Below, one piece after another: positions 14,002 to 26,707 of a DNA stretch of 64,000 bases. The position numbers and the translations under genes are program-made. The notes under the pieces were generated by a model that saw only the letters and a program-made list of their open reading frames with translations, ran no database searches and was not told where the DNA came from. Numbering within the stretch: the stretch's first letter is position 1; every line of letters starts with the position of its first letter. The stretch comes from Eledone cirrhosa (taxonomy: Eukaryota), in contig OZ024743.1 of the NCBI GenBank assembly GCA_964016885.1, positions 16,430,001 to 16,494,000 on the forward strand, given 5' to 3'.

Positions 14002-14003
<2 letters not shown>
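12299..14003 (+). repeat. Tandem array of 317-bp HHR-containing units (5 full + partial) with a ~58-bp inverted 5' piece, in (TA)n
   Basis: ggtcttcaaaatg recurs at 12357, 12674, 12991, 13308, 13625, 13942; 12299-12356 is the reverse complement of an internal unit segment; no ORF. Confidence 0.95.
12539..12632 (+). ncRNA. Type I hammerhead, U3-A8 variant (first of five; others start 12856, 13173, 13490, 13807)
   Basis: gcc TTGATAA gctt caacaa aagc GAAA cat gtc atg TC ggc; distal stem I gatctcag/ctgagatc; GUC site after 12604. Confidence 0.75.
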
Positions 14004-14039
<36 letters not shown>

Positions 14040-14084
14040 TACACTCGTTATTAGTAACCACATAGCCTTGTCCGTTTTAATTCA

Positions 14085-14206
<122 letters not shown>

Positions 14207-16465
14207 TATATATGAACGCATGCATACATACACTGATAGATACATTTTCAGCAAATGTTTTACAAACGGAGAATTGCTATACAGACTCTCTCACGCAGAC
14301 ATAGATATATATTGTACGTGTGTGCAATAGTGTGTTTTCCACAAAGTACACAAAATGTATATATACCTGTACATTTATGTGCCTTATATTTAATTTAATT
14401 CATAATTTTACTAACCATGTGTTAATTATTGAATCTAGCAGATTTGAGAAGGGCTATACACTTGCCAAATTCGATTTAGCTGCTGTTTAGAAGTGTATTT
14501 ACTTCCTGCAATATAACACAGATTATGCACCTCAAGTATTTTCAATCAGTTAATTTTGTCTGCACTCTTTTCCCATGTAAGATTGTTCAGTTACTGACTG
14601 TTGCTAGTTTCTAGTGTGTCTCTGTACATACATTTATGAATGCGTACGTTTGTATGCATACAATTGTGTATAACGTTGTATAGGAATACTGATAATCTAG
14701 TGCGGAGCAGTAATTTTATGAACAATTACTGAGAATGTATAATAATCATGTTTTCACAATTTGTGTTGGCTGATTTAACAGTGTCTCCACCATTGCAATT
14801 ATTGCGTTGAAACCCTAGGGGTTACTCTTATCTCTATTTGCCAAATGCTTCATGTCTACGTATGGAAACATCTGGAAAAGTTAGTCTGCTCAGAAGATAG
14901 GTGATAAGGCTGTGTTGCAGGGCTAGCACTGTCTGCTTTCGTTTTTTAGTACAACGTTGGAATAAGTTCAACTTTATCGCCAATGAACTTGGCACATTTC
15001 ATACATTACCTGGTTTAATAACTTCTCATGGATTTGCAAGAAATTATTTTTCCAATTAAATCTACATTTAATTTTGAAATTAGGAGTCGAAATTAAATGA
15101 AAAAAATGATTCATTTGCATTGAGTTCAGGTAAGGGTTAGTCGCAAGGTGGAATCTAGTGAGTGTAGGTTTCTCTCCGCTATATGAAGCCGCTGTCTCAG
15201 AAGGTGTGAGTCGAATAGTTCGCATGTTGATATGGTTTCCTTAAACTGGGCCTCGCATAATCTTGTTCATGGTATTTTATGGTTGAAACTAGTAACAGTG
15301 TTTCCCTGCGTTTATCTCTACGTTCTGGTGCAGAAGATAGATTAGGATTGATTGGTTATTGGCATTATTCGAATTAGACTAACGGACAATGTGTACGGAA
15401 TGCTTCCTTATCTGGTGTATATAAGAGTGTATTCCGTATATACAACACAATCATTCTAATGAACTAGCAAATATTCACATGCCAACATAATTATCCTTAT
15501 GATGTGACTTACATAATATGTATTACTTTACGTTTTGAGTTTTTTAAATGATTCTTCATATTCTCCATTAGAATCCAATGTATAATCTGACACGTAAAGA
15601 TTCGTTGATTCCTCTTCGTTCTATTGTTGATCATGTATCATTGACTAAATTGCAAAATAACTCATTTTAGTATTTCTTACAACTCTTAAAATGCAAATTT
15701 AGCATTATAAGCTTGATTTTGTCTACCTGTTGTAAAGAGAATTTAAATGGATAATCCAATATGATAGCTTTGTTATAGCTCTTGATCGACTTTATAAAAC
15801 TCTAAGAGATAAATGTATTTCAAACACGAATGAGGCAGGACGTATTTGTGAAGTATGCAGTCATGTAAGAATTTATAAGGCTAAGTGAATATGATATTAT
15901 GAGGTGTTTCGGAATAAATTGATTCTATTTTATAGCTTCATAATTCATGTTTACTATGTTTTCTAACTCCTTCCCTCGTACATCATTTTTTAAAGCTTAA
16001 TTTTCGGAAATATGTTTTGCAATATTTTATCTTCCCGCACGTTGAGATGTTAGATCAAAATGCAACAATCCTCCTTTCACACGCAGAAATGGAAACAAGA
16101 GCGTTTGATCTCACACGGGAAGTCTCACTTAGCGATGAACTCAAACAGAACATTAATTTAAGTGATCGATGGCAATTATTAATTATATTGCTTTACAAAA
16201 TCTAGATGGATTTATATGTTGAGATTTAAGAGTCACATATATTTGATCTATTATTCGAAAGTGTGGAACGTTCCTCGGCTGTCCGGTACATGTAAGTTGA
16301 TATATATGCATTCTCATTTATGCTACTTTTATTATTTATTTTTTCTACTGACGTTGTCTAACCAATTCTATTTGCAATGCTGATTGCTATTGTTACCTAA
16401 ATTCAAGAAAAGTCATGTAATTAATACCGATTCGAGAAATGTGAACTCAGAAAGCTACGACAATA

Positions 16466-16648
16466 ATTGTTTCTACTTTTGGCATAAGGCCAGCAATTAC
16501 CGACTGCATTACTGGTACTTAATTTTATCGACCCCGTAAGGATGAAAGGCAAAGTTAACCTCAGCGGGATTTGAACTGATATTGGAATGGGCCGTAACTA
16601 TATGCGTCAAAGCATGGCGTCCGACCCTCTACCGATACTGCTAATCCA
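16466..16648 (-). mobile_element. SINE family A
   Basis: Reverse complement of the copy at 30679-30866. Confidence 0.85.
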
Positions 16649-17864
16649 TAATAAAACCATTTACTACGATACTTATACTCTACATTAAATATCAGGCAAC
16701 ACATTAGTGTTTTGTTTTACACCAAGCCGATCAATATTCCAAGTTAATATATATTTACATTACATCTGAACTAGGAAAATAATCAATGCGTGTATAATAG
16801 AAATGGTAATTGATTCATTAGAGAGTTTCCCTATTATTTTGAATACATAAAATCTTTATGGCATTCATACTTAGTAAGTACACACCAAGAATAAGTAAAT
16901 AGAAAATCACCCATGAGATTGTTGTATTTTGAGCACATGCAAAAAAGTATATCTTTAAAAATTAATTTCATATCTTTCTACTATCATATGCGTAACATAT
17001 GGTTTTATGGCAAGAAATATAATGGCAGGCTTGTTTCTGAAAATATATAACACTCCATCATGAATCTGCAAGATTTAATTTAAATTAGATATTTTAATTA
17101 AAACACTTCACGAAGGTGTAATTCAACAGAATTAAAAGTATATCAGTTAAATTAATATAAGTGCAATGCGTAATTATATTCTTTACTGATATATTCTCAA
17201 AATTGTTATTTCACCCCAGAAATAAAACTTTATTAAAATACAAGCAGCCATTATTTCCCATTGATATTCTTTCAGCGGAGATAATATTTATATTAGCAAC
17301 TGCTGCCGATAAGTTTCTGCTCGCTTAAGGCTAACTGTTTGATTAATTTCAAGACATTATCTTGTTAACATTGATAACAAAAGATTAAATATTTTTACAG
17401 AAAATTTCGTAAAACAAATTTTTAAAGATTTATTGTTAAATTATAGCTAGAAGAATAGTAAATCTCTATATTATTGGTAACACTTCAAATTGCATATCCA
17501 ATTTATTAATTCCAATCAAATAAAAACAGAAAATTAAAATATATTTTACAAGAAAAATATCATTACTTTATCTGACAATTCTTATTGAGATAATGGAAAT
17601 TGGAATATATAGATTGATTAATAAATAAGGACAAAAAGCTTCCAGCATTATATAATTTTGGTGAAGAGTTATGATAAAGAGAATAATGTTTATGTATTAT
17701 ATATTAGCAAAGAACAATCCAAGACTCGAAAGATATTTATACTAATTAAAATGTCATTTTTTTTTAGAAATGAAAATTCCAATCGTGTTTCTTATCAGTA
17801 GGTTAGGAATAATTAACTAATTTACTTGCACGCATAAATACATAAGTAGACAGAAAACGCACAA

Positions 17865-17925
<61 letters not shown>

Positions 17926-18786
17926 GCCAGGTATGCATAATCTTTTAGAGTTTTATGAGGGCACGCTAGTGCATCTCTTGATGCATTTGCTACACTTCCT
18001 ATATATCTTCTAGTTAGGTTGGCAATTGATGAATGAACGCGTATCACACGTCTGCTCATATGTGTATTTGTTGTTGTAATGTAGGCTCCAATGAGATATT
18101 AGACAGTAGGATGATGTGATATTTTTTTTAAAACATCTACTATTGCATGCAGTTGTCATAGGTTTTTATGGCAAGAGGAATGGATAACTGTTCACCTTTC
18201 AATCAAAATGTATTCTAGCAACAGGCCCTTATACTTTGTTATATATAAGGGGTGGAGCGGCATACGAGAAACATAGAACGCGTATGTCTCCTTTTCTCTT
18301 AGCTGATTTCACATTGGAAATGTTACATAAAAACCTTTTAACTTTTAGATGTGTCTAATGAATTTAAATTGGAGGTTACATTATAACAGCAATACGTAAT
18401 CATGAAAATCATAGAAATATATATTACGGCAGTATATGAATAAAATGAATTACTAATATCCACAACTGGCCTTCACAATTATCATTATACATGCTTGAAG
18501 AAAAAACACCCTTTGGGTGGTTTTCTACTAGAATCTGTAATATCCAAATTGATATTATACGCAAATATATATGCGTGTAGATATGATACGTCAAATGAAA
18601 TCCTACTTGACATTGTGCACCGAAATTGAAAGAAGTCTGTGTTACAGACTCTTCTGTAATCAGTAATGTAATCCATGATGCATTATAAAAAAGGCGATAC
18701 TATATATACACTTCATATATAATAAACTAAAACATTAGGAAACGAAAATGTAAAAAAATTAGTGACCTAAATATAAATCTTATATA

Positions 18787-18967
18787 ATTGTTTCTACTTT
18801 AGGCACAAGGCCAGCAATTACCAGTGCATTACTGGTACTTTATTTTATCGACCCCGTAAGGATGAAAGGCAAAGTCAACCTCGGCGGGATTTGAACTCAG
18901 ATGGTAAAGGGACGTAACTATGCTGGAAAGCATGGCGTCCGACCCTCTACCGATACTGCCAATCCAC
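18787..18967 (-). mobile_element. SINE family A
   Basis: Near full-length reverse-complement copy. Confidence 0.88.
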
Positions 18968-19176
18968 ATACAATGATGCAAATATATGAACGTTTATATA
19001 AGCGATGTAATAAGTGTTATTATATAACGGACGCTAACTGGAAGAGTTGATATTTGAAAATGTTAAAGAAATGAATCTTAAAATAAACAATGATTTATAT
19101 ATAAGAATATTTATGTTTAATCAAGAGCTACGAAATTTAGTAGATGAATTACATAATATCCATTATTTATTCCCTA

Positions 19177-19272
19177 GGTTAACTTTGCCTTTCATCCTTA
19201 CGGGGACGATGAAATAAAGTACCAGTAATGTACTTGGTATTTGCTGGCCTTGTGCCAAAAGTAGAGACAATT
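19177..19272 (+). mobile_element. SINE family A, 3' half
   Basis: ggttaactttgcctttcatccttacgggg...gtgccaaaagtagagacaatt. Confidence 0.8.
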
Positions 19273-20821
19273 ATTTATTCAAAGTAATCCAACTTATTTT
19301 GCTAACGGGATAAACAATTATAAAACGTATTTACCTACATACAGATGTTGCATATATAGTAAATCCAGAATATAAATTCACATCATCTATAGGATCTACG
19401 CTTATTTTATCTTTTTTCAGAGAGTAAAGCTCTGTCGAGATCAGCTTCCGCATGTAATGCCCATTGTCTTCTAACAGATAACCAGCAGAATATAAAGCTA
19501 GCAACGGCTATGGGAAGGCAACGGTGAATTGGTCATGCAATCTGTATAGCTAGACAAACTAAAGCTGTGCTGCTGCAATCATGTTGAACAAATGTAGTAT
19601 TGCATAGAAACAGCAATATTTTATAGAAACATACTGATATTGGTGAGTAGGAATAAAAAAGCGCCTTAACTCATACGAATAGACGGGCTTTAAAAAGTAT
19701 CGTTTTTATTGAGAAGATTTCATATGATTATATGAAAATTATAAAAGGTACTATAGTGAAAACTATCAGCTCAAGTACACTACTCATCCCAGTAAATAGC
19801 CTGACTAACCCTGATAAATGACCATTCCGATCATCTTGAAGACATTGAACAATGGGTTCCTCAAAGCTTCTTGTAATGGCAATTTTCTATAAACATAGAA
19901 ATACCTGATCAAGCCGGAAGATAAAGGGACGTTTTCGCCCTTATAGAGAAAAATATACGAAGAGATTGCTGCTGGAAACTGGTTTTAGTATAATTGGATT
20001 ACAATATGCAATTTGATTATATACAATATACCTGAATAATCGGGCATTATAGTTAAAATTGGTCCAGCAAAACATGTGCATCTTATGTATAGGCCGACCA
20101 ATAATTGATACCTCACATTCCAACATTAAAAGCAACTTGAATTTGATAACATACACTGCCGAAACAGAAAATTGCAAGATGATAGCTTTTGGGTACAACA
20201 TGTTGTCCTTTTATGGAGGCCACTATCATACGTCCCCACAAGACATAAAATAAATAACAGCATAAGCCAAAGACAAAAATAAAACTAGACAATTTACCTA
20301 ACATTTTCGATTCATTCTCAATATGCATTCTTAGTGATGAAATGCGGAATATTTCTGCTGTCGTCCGAAATTGCAATATGAACTAATTTGCAATACAACC
20401 TCAGCAGCCATATGAAAAATTTAGATTTAGTGGGCAGATTGAGAATGTTAGATATAATTGACCTATTAATAAGCTATATTATTATAAGAAAAATTCAGAA
20501 GAGTAACGGAAATATGGTCAACCAGAAACGCAAACAATAAAAAATATATTGCATATAACATTTTTGTGACCACTGGGAGAGGTGTACAGAGAGAGGTAAT
20601 GGTGATGTTCAAGGGCTATTTTTATATTTGAACTTTTCTGGTTTCAGTAGATAGATAGCATCTGTGGATAACCTCACCAGAGTGGTTCCAATGTCCGCAA
20701 AAGGTAGTGGCAGAAACATATATATATATATATATAAAGATTTACATATACACGAACAAGACAAAGTCATATATATATATTTGGCTCCCTAGGTTGAGCA
20801 CTCTACTGACTTATATTCATC

Positions 20822-23198
20822 ATGCAGAAACAACATCTGAATATTTCTACAAAGAACATACCCGTACCAAGCAGGAAAACATACCTAAAACTCCTGATAC
20901 AGAAAACAGACGCGTTCATTAAAATGTTGCGTTGGCGTGCCTTTTATTTCGATAATCCGCGAAAAGCAGACAACAAACAGGATAAATTTGGATTTAAAAC
21001 CTATAATAACCCCCCCCCCCCCCCCGTGTAACCCAGCATTGCTACCCTTCGAAAATGATGTCTTGGAACACATTCGGAGTATCAAATTTTGGAATAGGAG
21101 CAATTCCTTCCAGCAAGACCTGAAGAATAGAATTCGTTCTATTAAGGATTCTAATGCCGTGCACGTCCATTCCGACAAAACTGGCAACCTATATCAAGTG
21201 GAGCGCAGTACTTACCATCAACTACTACATAATGCTGTAACTAAGGATTACCGTAAAACTAATCAGTGCGTCATCAATGAAATCAACGATGCTGGGTTTA
21301 AAATCACATCTGATCTCAACATCCTGGACCGGACCGAAACTTTGGACCCTATTTCTCCCCACTTTACCCTGAAGGATCCCAAATCCAATTTTCCGAACAA
21401 CCCCTCTATTCGGCTTATTAACCCTACGAAGTCCGATTTAGGCAGACTTGGTAAAACGATTCTTGATAGAATTATACCTGAAATTAGAAGTTTGGCCCCT
21501 GTTGCACTGTGGAACAATTCTTTCGCGGTGATTGATTGGTTCAACGGCATATGTAACAAGGAACATTGCCGTTTTATCCAATTCGACATCAACAATTACT
21601 ACTCCTTCATCACTTTACCACTTCTCTTTAGAGCTATCAATTTCGCTAAAACACTCACAGTGGTTAAGGATTTCGAAGTTGATGTCATCCTCAATGCCCG
21701 AAAGTCGGTGATTAATTTCGACGACTCTATTTGGATTAAACAATCCAATAGTACCCCATTCGACGTGAGTATGGGCGCCAGTGATTCTGCGGAGGTTACT
21801 GATCTTATCGGCCTTTTCCTTCTTTTCTCTAACAAGGATGAATTCCCCAACGCGGGCGGTGGTTTGTACCGTGACGATGGTCTTTTGACCATGACTAAGT
21901 GCGGACCTCGTGCTTGCGACTGGTTCAGAAAATAACTCACAGCCTTCTTTAAAGGCTTCAACCACTCTATACAGCTTGAGGCCAATCTCTCGGTCGTTAA
22001 CTACCTCGACGTTACCCTCAATTTATGGAATAGGTTGTATTACCCGTGTAGAAAGCCGAATGATACGCTTAATTACATAAGTAAGCATTCCAACCATCCT
22101 GCCAGCATAACCAAGAACCTGGTAAGAAACGTTTCGTTGAGGCTTTCCCGTCTTTCCACCAACGAGCGTATTTTCAACGACCCTTCCACATATTACAATG
22201 AGGCTCTTGCTCGAAGTGGATTTGTCGATAAGGTATCATATACAGAGTGCGAAAATAGACCTAGAAGAAATAGATCCCGTCGCATTTGTTGGTATAACCC
22301 ACCATATAATATGGAGGTGGCCACACCATTAGCCAATATTTTTCTTTCCCTTATTACTAAGCATTTTCCCCCTACACATATATTAACATTTTAAATAGAA
22401 ATACTATTAAAATTTCTTACTCTACGACTCCTAACCTTGCACATAACATCACAGCTTTAAATTTAGCTAAACTACCTAGCCGTAGGAACACGTGCAACCC
22501 TGTAGTTAGTACTAACTGTAATTGTAGGAATCGGGTTGATTGCCCCCTATCCGAGAAATGCCTCTCTAGTAACATTGTCTACAAATGTAAGGTTGTAACA
22601 CCCACGTCCCGTAGGGCCTACATAGGGTTAACCGCCAATAGATTCAAGCAGCCTCTTTATATGCATACCCATTCTTTTCGTTACCCTCTAAGAAGGAATA
22701 TGACGTCACTTTCAGCTTATATCTGGAGTCTAAAAGACAACCACACCCAATATAAGTTACACTGGGAGATCCTAGCTAGGGATAGATCGTATAACGGAAA
22801 TAAAAGACCTGTGACCTCTGCGCTGAGGCCCTGGAAATACTCTACGCCACAGACCACATCTTAAACAAAAAATCTGTGGCAATTTCGGCTTGTAAACATA
22901 AAGTGCACAAAGCTTTCCTGTATTACAGACCCACGTTATACCCTAACGGATAGTACAATCTATACGTGGATATTTTACGTCTTGATGTGGGAGCTAAGTA
23001 TATGTTTTGTTTATACCATTACTTATCTGCATAGCGAACGTTTCCACGAACCAAAGTACCGTCTTCCTGTCTTCCTCCGGTTGCAACGTTTTTTTAAATA
23101 TCCACTTCTGCGTTTACAGATTGACTTTGTTAGTTTCAGAAGATCCCGTTAAGGGTGAAAGCAGCGATTCTTTGCTTAAACTTTAATCTGTTATTTTA

Positions 23199-23203
<5 letters not shown>
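20822..23203 (+). mobile_element. Near full-length Penelope-like element, Nematis type (RT + C-terminal GIY-YIG), disrupted ORF
   Basis: STKNIPVPS..MLRWRAFYF, SDKTGNLY, FIQFDINNYY, FDVSMGASDSAEV, GLYRDDGL, WYNPPY, CNC..CPL and GIY-YIG region; frameshift at poly-C ~21010, stop 21933, more shifts; HHR in 3' end, ends at (TA)n. Confidence 0.9.
23116..23191 (+). ncRNA. Type I hammerhead-like fold with CAGAAGA core in Nematis 3' end
   Basis: agttt CAGAAGA t ccc gttaa ggg t GAAA gcag..ttgc TT aaact; distal stem I acagattg/taatctgt. Confidence 0.65.
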
Positions 23204-23278
<75 letters not shown>

Positions 23279-23282
23279 TTTT

Positions 23283-24320
23283 GGCAACCATTCACGATGT
23301 GCCTCAATGACGAATTAATTAATTAAATAATCAACAATCAGAGCAATATACAATAAAATATGTCCATAGAATATTTGATAAAATATATACACCATCTCCC
23401 CCTCCCAATCAGCATAATCAATCACACAAGAAAAACAATTCAACCAGACTATAAGATTAAAAGGCACATATGAAGAAATAATAGATAAATAACGACAGCC
23501 ATCTACTCGCGATTAACAGCTATAGAATATTTACCCAGCATTTCAATAGCATGGGGAAATCGATTAAATATATTGTCAACTATACACAATTAGGTATAAA
23601 ATCAAAGTTAGAAGAAAAAATGTATATAAACATACCAAGATTACGTTTCTACACTAAGGGGTTTCATTCGCTTTTGGAAATATCCGATCAAAGATGAATT
23701 CACGAGCTTCGAAATCATCAGGAAACAAACTCACTTGGACGAAGATTTTTCCTCAATGATCCGCGCCAGAAACGAAGTCAAAATGGCTAAGAACTGTGAC
23801 GTGGCAGTGGTCAAGTCAGAAATAATGTGATTGGTGCCTTACGGCGAGTGGGCTGTTTGCCAGAATGCGCAGCCTAATATTGCCTAAATTGCATCTCAAC
23901 CATATATGAGATTATCAAATATAAATATTTACATATACACAAACTAGACAAAGTCATATATATATATGCCAACCATTCACGATGTGGCTCAATGATGAAT
24001 TAATTAATTAAATAATCAACAATCAGAGAAATATACAATAAAATATGTTCATAGAATCATTTGATAAACTATATACACAATCTCCTCTCCCAATCAGCAT
24101 AATCAACCACACACAAAAAACAATTAAATCAGGCTATAAGATTAAAAGGCACCTATGGTATGTTTATATGCATTTTTTCTTCTAATTTTAATTTTATACC
24201 TAATTGTGTATGGTTGACGATATATTTTATCGATTTCCACGTGCTATTGAAATGCTGGGTAAATATTCTATATCTGTTGATCGCGAATAGATGGCTGTCG
24301 TTTATTTATCTATTTTATTA
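23283..24320 (-). mobile_element. Non-coding PLE-like element: partial direct repeat plus inverted segment
   Basis: 23283-23472 repeats at 23968-24157; ~23477-23637 is inverted at 24156-24320; HHR on minus strand; microsatellite flanks. Confidence 0.75.
23645..23726 (-). ncRNA. Type I hammerhead with enlarged loop II
   Basis: Minus: gtttc CTGATGA t ttcg..cgaa t GAAA c..g TA gaaac; 5-bp stem I, GUA site. Confidence 0.65.
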
Positions 24321-24344
24321 TATATATATATATATATTTATATA

Positions 24345-24490
24345 ATAAAACAAACCGAGCATTATAATAAATGTTCGGTAAACCGATACGTGCATATATA
24401 TATGTGTACATTTATGTATATATATACATACTACTGTACGTCTGTATACATATATGTATGTACGTATACATACATACATACTTACATTTA
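24345..24490 (+). repeat. Fragment of the ~466-bp repeat family (no HHR part)
   Basis: Matches 9768-9905; between (TA)n runs. Confidence 0.85.
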
Positions 24491-26394
24491 TATATATATA
24501 GTTCTCATTATATATGAGAACTACATAAGGGAGTTAATAGCGATCCAAGATATTTAATTCTATAGACTACACGAATAAATCACGCTACAAAATTATCATT
24601 TTTTTTCCATAGAAAAAAAATTGATTCCAATTCTGTACCAATTATATATAAAGCGTGAATACAGGGGTAAATGAGAACATGCATATATACACCTCTTCTT
24701 TAATGATTACAGATTTTATAAACACATCTGTTGAAAATAATAGAAAACCATATACATAATAAATTATTTCAATCTATTAAATAATTATTCACTCTAGATA
24801 ATTAAGATTATATAAAATATGATGATTAGTATAAATTAGTTTCTTCACAGTAATTCATTGTTATCTCCAATGAAAACTAATGTATGCGTTAGCTGCTTTT
24901 TTTCTCTTAATGGAAACGTTTCGTAATTATACAGTATGCAACAGAAATAGCTTCCCATATGTTATTGGTTTTTGCTTACATATACACTCTCAAACTAAGC
25001 TATATTAGTCACATTCTCCGAACCTAGTCTCAATCAAAAGAAACAATTAGGAAGACGCTAGGTACAGGAGTTAGAATCAAATTACATTGAAGACACATCT
25101 ATAAATCATTTTTTAATCAGTCGTACATTCTAATGTAAGGAAACATTGAAGAAGTATTATAAAAGCTGTTAGTTAACATCTAGTAAAGAAAGCAATTAAG
25201 AATGCATATTTGTTTCGATTATGAATAATATAGCTCCAGTAACCGATATTTTCTAGGTTTATTAACCCATAAAATAAGAATAATTGCGTGAAGCTTCCAT
25301 ACTCACACTGAATTGCCTTGAAATATGCACACAGCTTTAGAGAGGATGTTTATATAGTGGGAATTATTGCATATGTCTAACGGATTACCCCAAAATAAAT
25401 TTAACTGGTTAAAAAATATATTTCTGGTTCTAATGGCTCTGCTGATTCGCAGCTTCTGATTTATATGATAACAATAAATAAATTATTTTTCAACCCAGGA
25501 AATATTTTACTGTCAATTGCACAGCTTATGTATATAAAATTCTTTGAAGTGTTTCTGCCTGCAACTCAAACGATCATTGTGTCCTTGAAAGGATTAAACC
25601 ATATGCAAACTATCAGCTACCTAGATACATTACTAAGGCCTGGAAACTATGGATATATACATACATACATACATATATGTGAATAAACACATGCACAAAC
25701 ATATGCATAAATATATACGGGGTTTCCGAAATAAAGTTGAAGTTGAGATTCTGCATCTCGCTGTTCAGTGTGCACACATACTAGTTAAATACCGAGTGTA
25801 GATATTGCGTTTTGGTAAAGATACGGTATGTATCTATCTCCTGGGCGGATTCCGTTTCTGTGCAATATTCTGCTCAACAACACTTATTAAAACTGCTGTG
25901 TGCAGCAAATTGCGCAATATCAGCAATTGTACGCCCCTCTCAAAATATTGGCCATTATTATGTGCAATACTAGCGCGTATTGGTCGGAAAATAGATCTAG
26001 CAGTTTTACGCTGATATGTCATGTGACCTCTTAAAATAGAACAGAGAAATATGAGAAGAAACAGGTTATTGTGGGTTAATTCCAAATGATAATTCAACCA
26101 ATAAGGTGCATATATATGCACACTTCGCAGTTAGATCGGTTGTATCTTTTCACTCCAGTCGCTTTCATTCCGGTTTGCAGCTATCTATCGGAAGGTCACA
26201 AATCCAATTTTCAAAATTAAAAATGACTTCTAGTGCAACTCCCGGGAAAACCGCGCAAGTTTGGTGTCATACAAAAATCACACTTGCTAAGTACTTCACA
26301 GAGTTTAAATAAATTATTATCAGTCTGAGACACTCGTAACTTTACATGACCAGATACTCCAGTTCATTTGTATATCTGCATAAATGCCTAATTG

Positions 26395-26707
26395 AAAAAC
26401 TGACGTGCCAAATTAGCTGTGTATAGAATCTACTTGCATCGATTCAACGAAAACTTACTATATATATGATGTTGAGACTATTCGAATACCATATTCCTAC
26501 TCCTTATTTCTATTATACACACGCTGACTCACACACACACACACACACATACACACACCCACACACATACGCACACGCACACATACACCCACCCACACCC
26601 ACACACGCACGCACACACACAGACACACATATAAATATAGATAGATACATAGATGGATAAATAGATAGATAAATAGAGAGATCTATATGTGTATATATAT
26701 ATGTTTA
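26395..26707. repeat. Left arm of a distant inverted duplication (partner 48612-48866)
   Basis: ~120 bp of near-identical complex sequence plus matching CA/TAGA microsatellite pattern. Confidence 0.85.

Noticed and set aside
14974-15225. 83-aa minus-strand ORF near splice-like motifs
   Set aside because: No recognisable homology or consistent exon boundaries.
19405-19648. Possible host exon (polypyrimidine-CAG ... G/GTGAGT)
   Set aside because: Stops in all three frames and no recognisable protein; a UTR or non-coding exon cannot be excluded.
20630-20690. Minus-strand CTGGTGA...GAAAC hammerhead-like boxes
   Set aside because: Core substitution and no stem III/stem I completion.
25716-26260. 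Possible mariner-like MITE starting tacggggtttcc
   Set aside because: No convincing matching inverted end.
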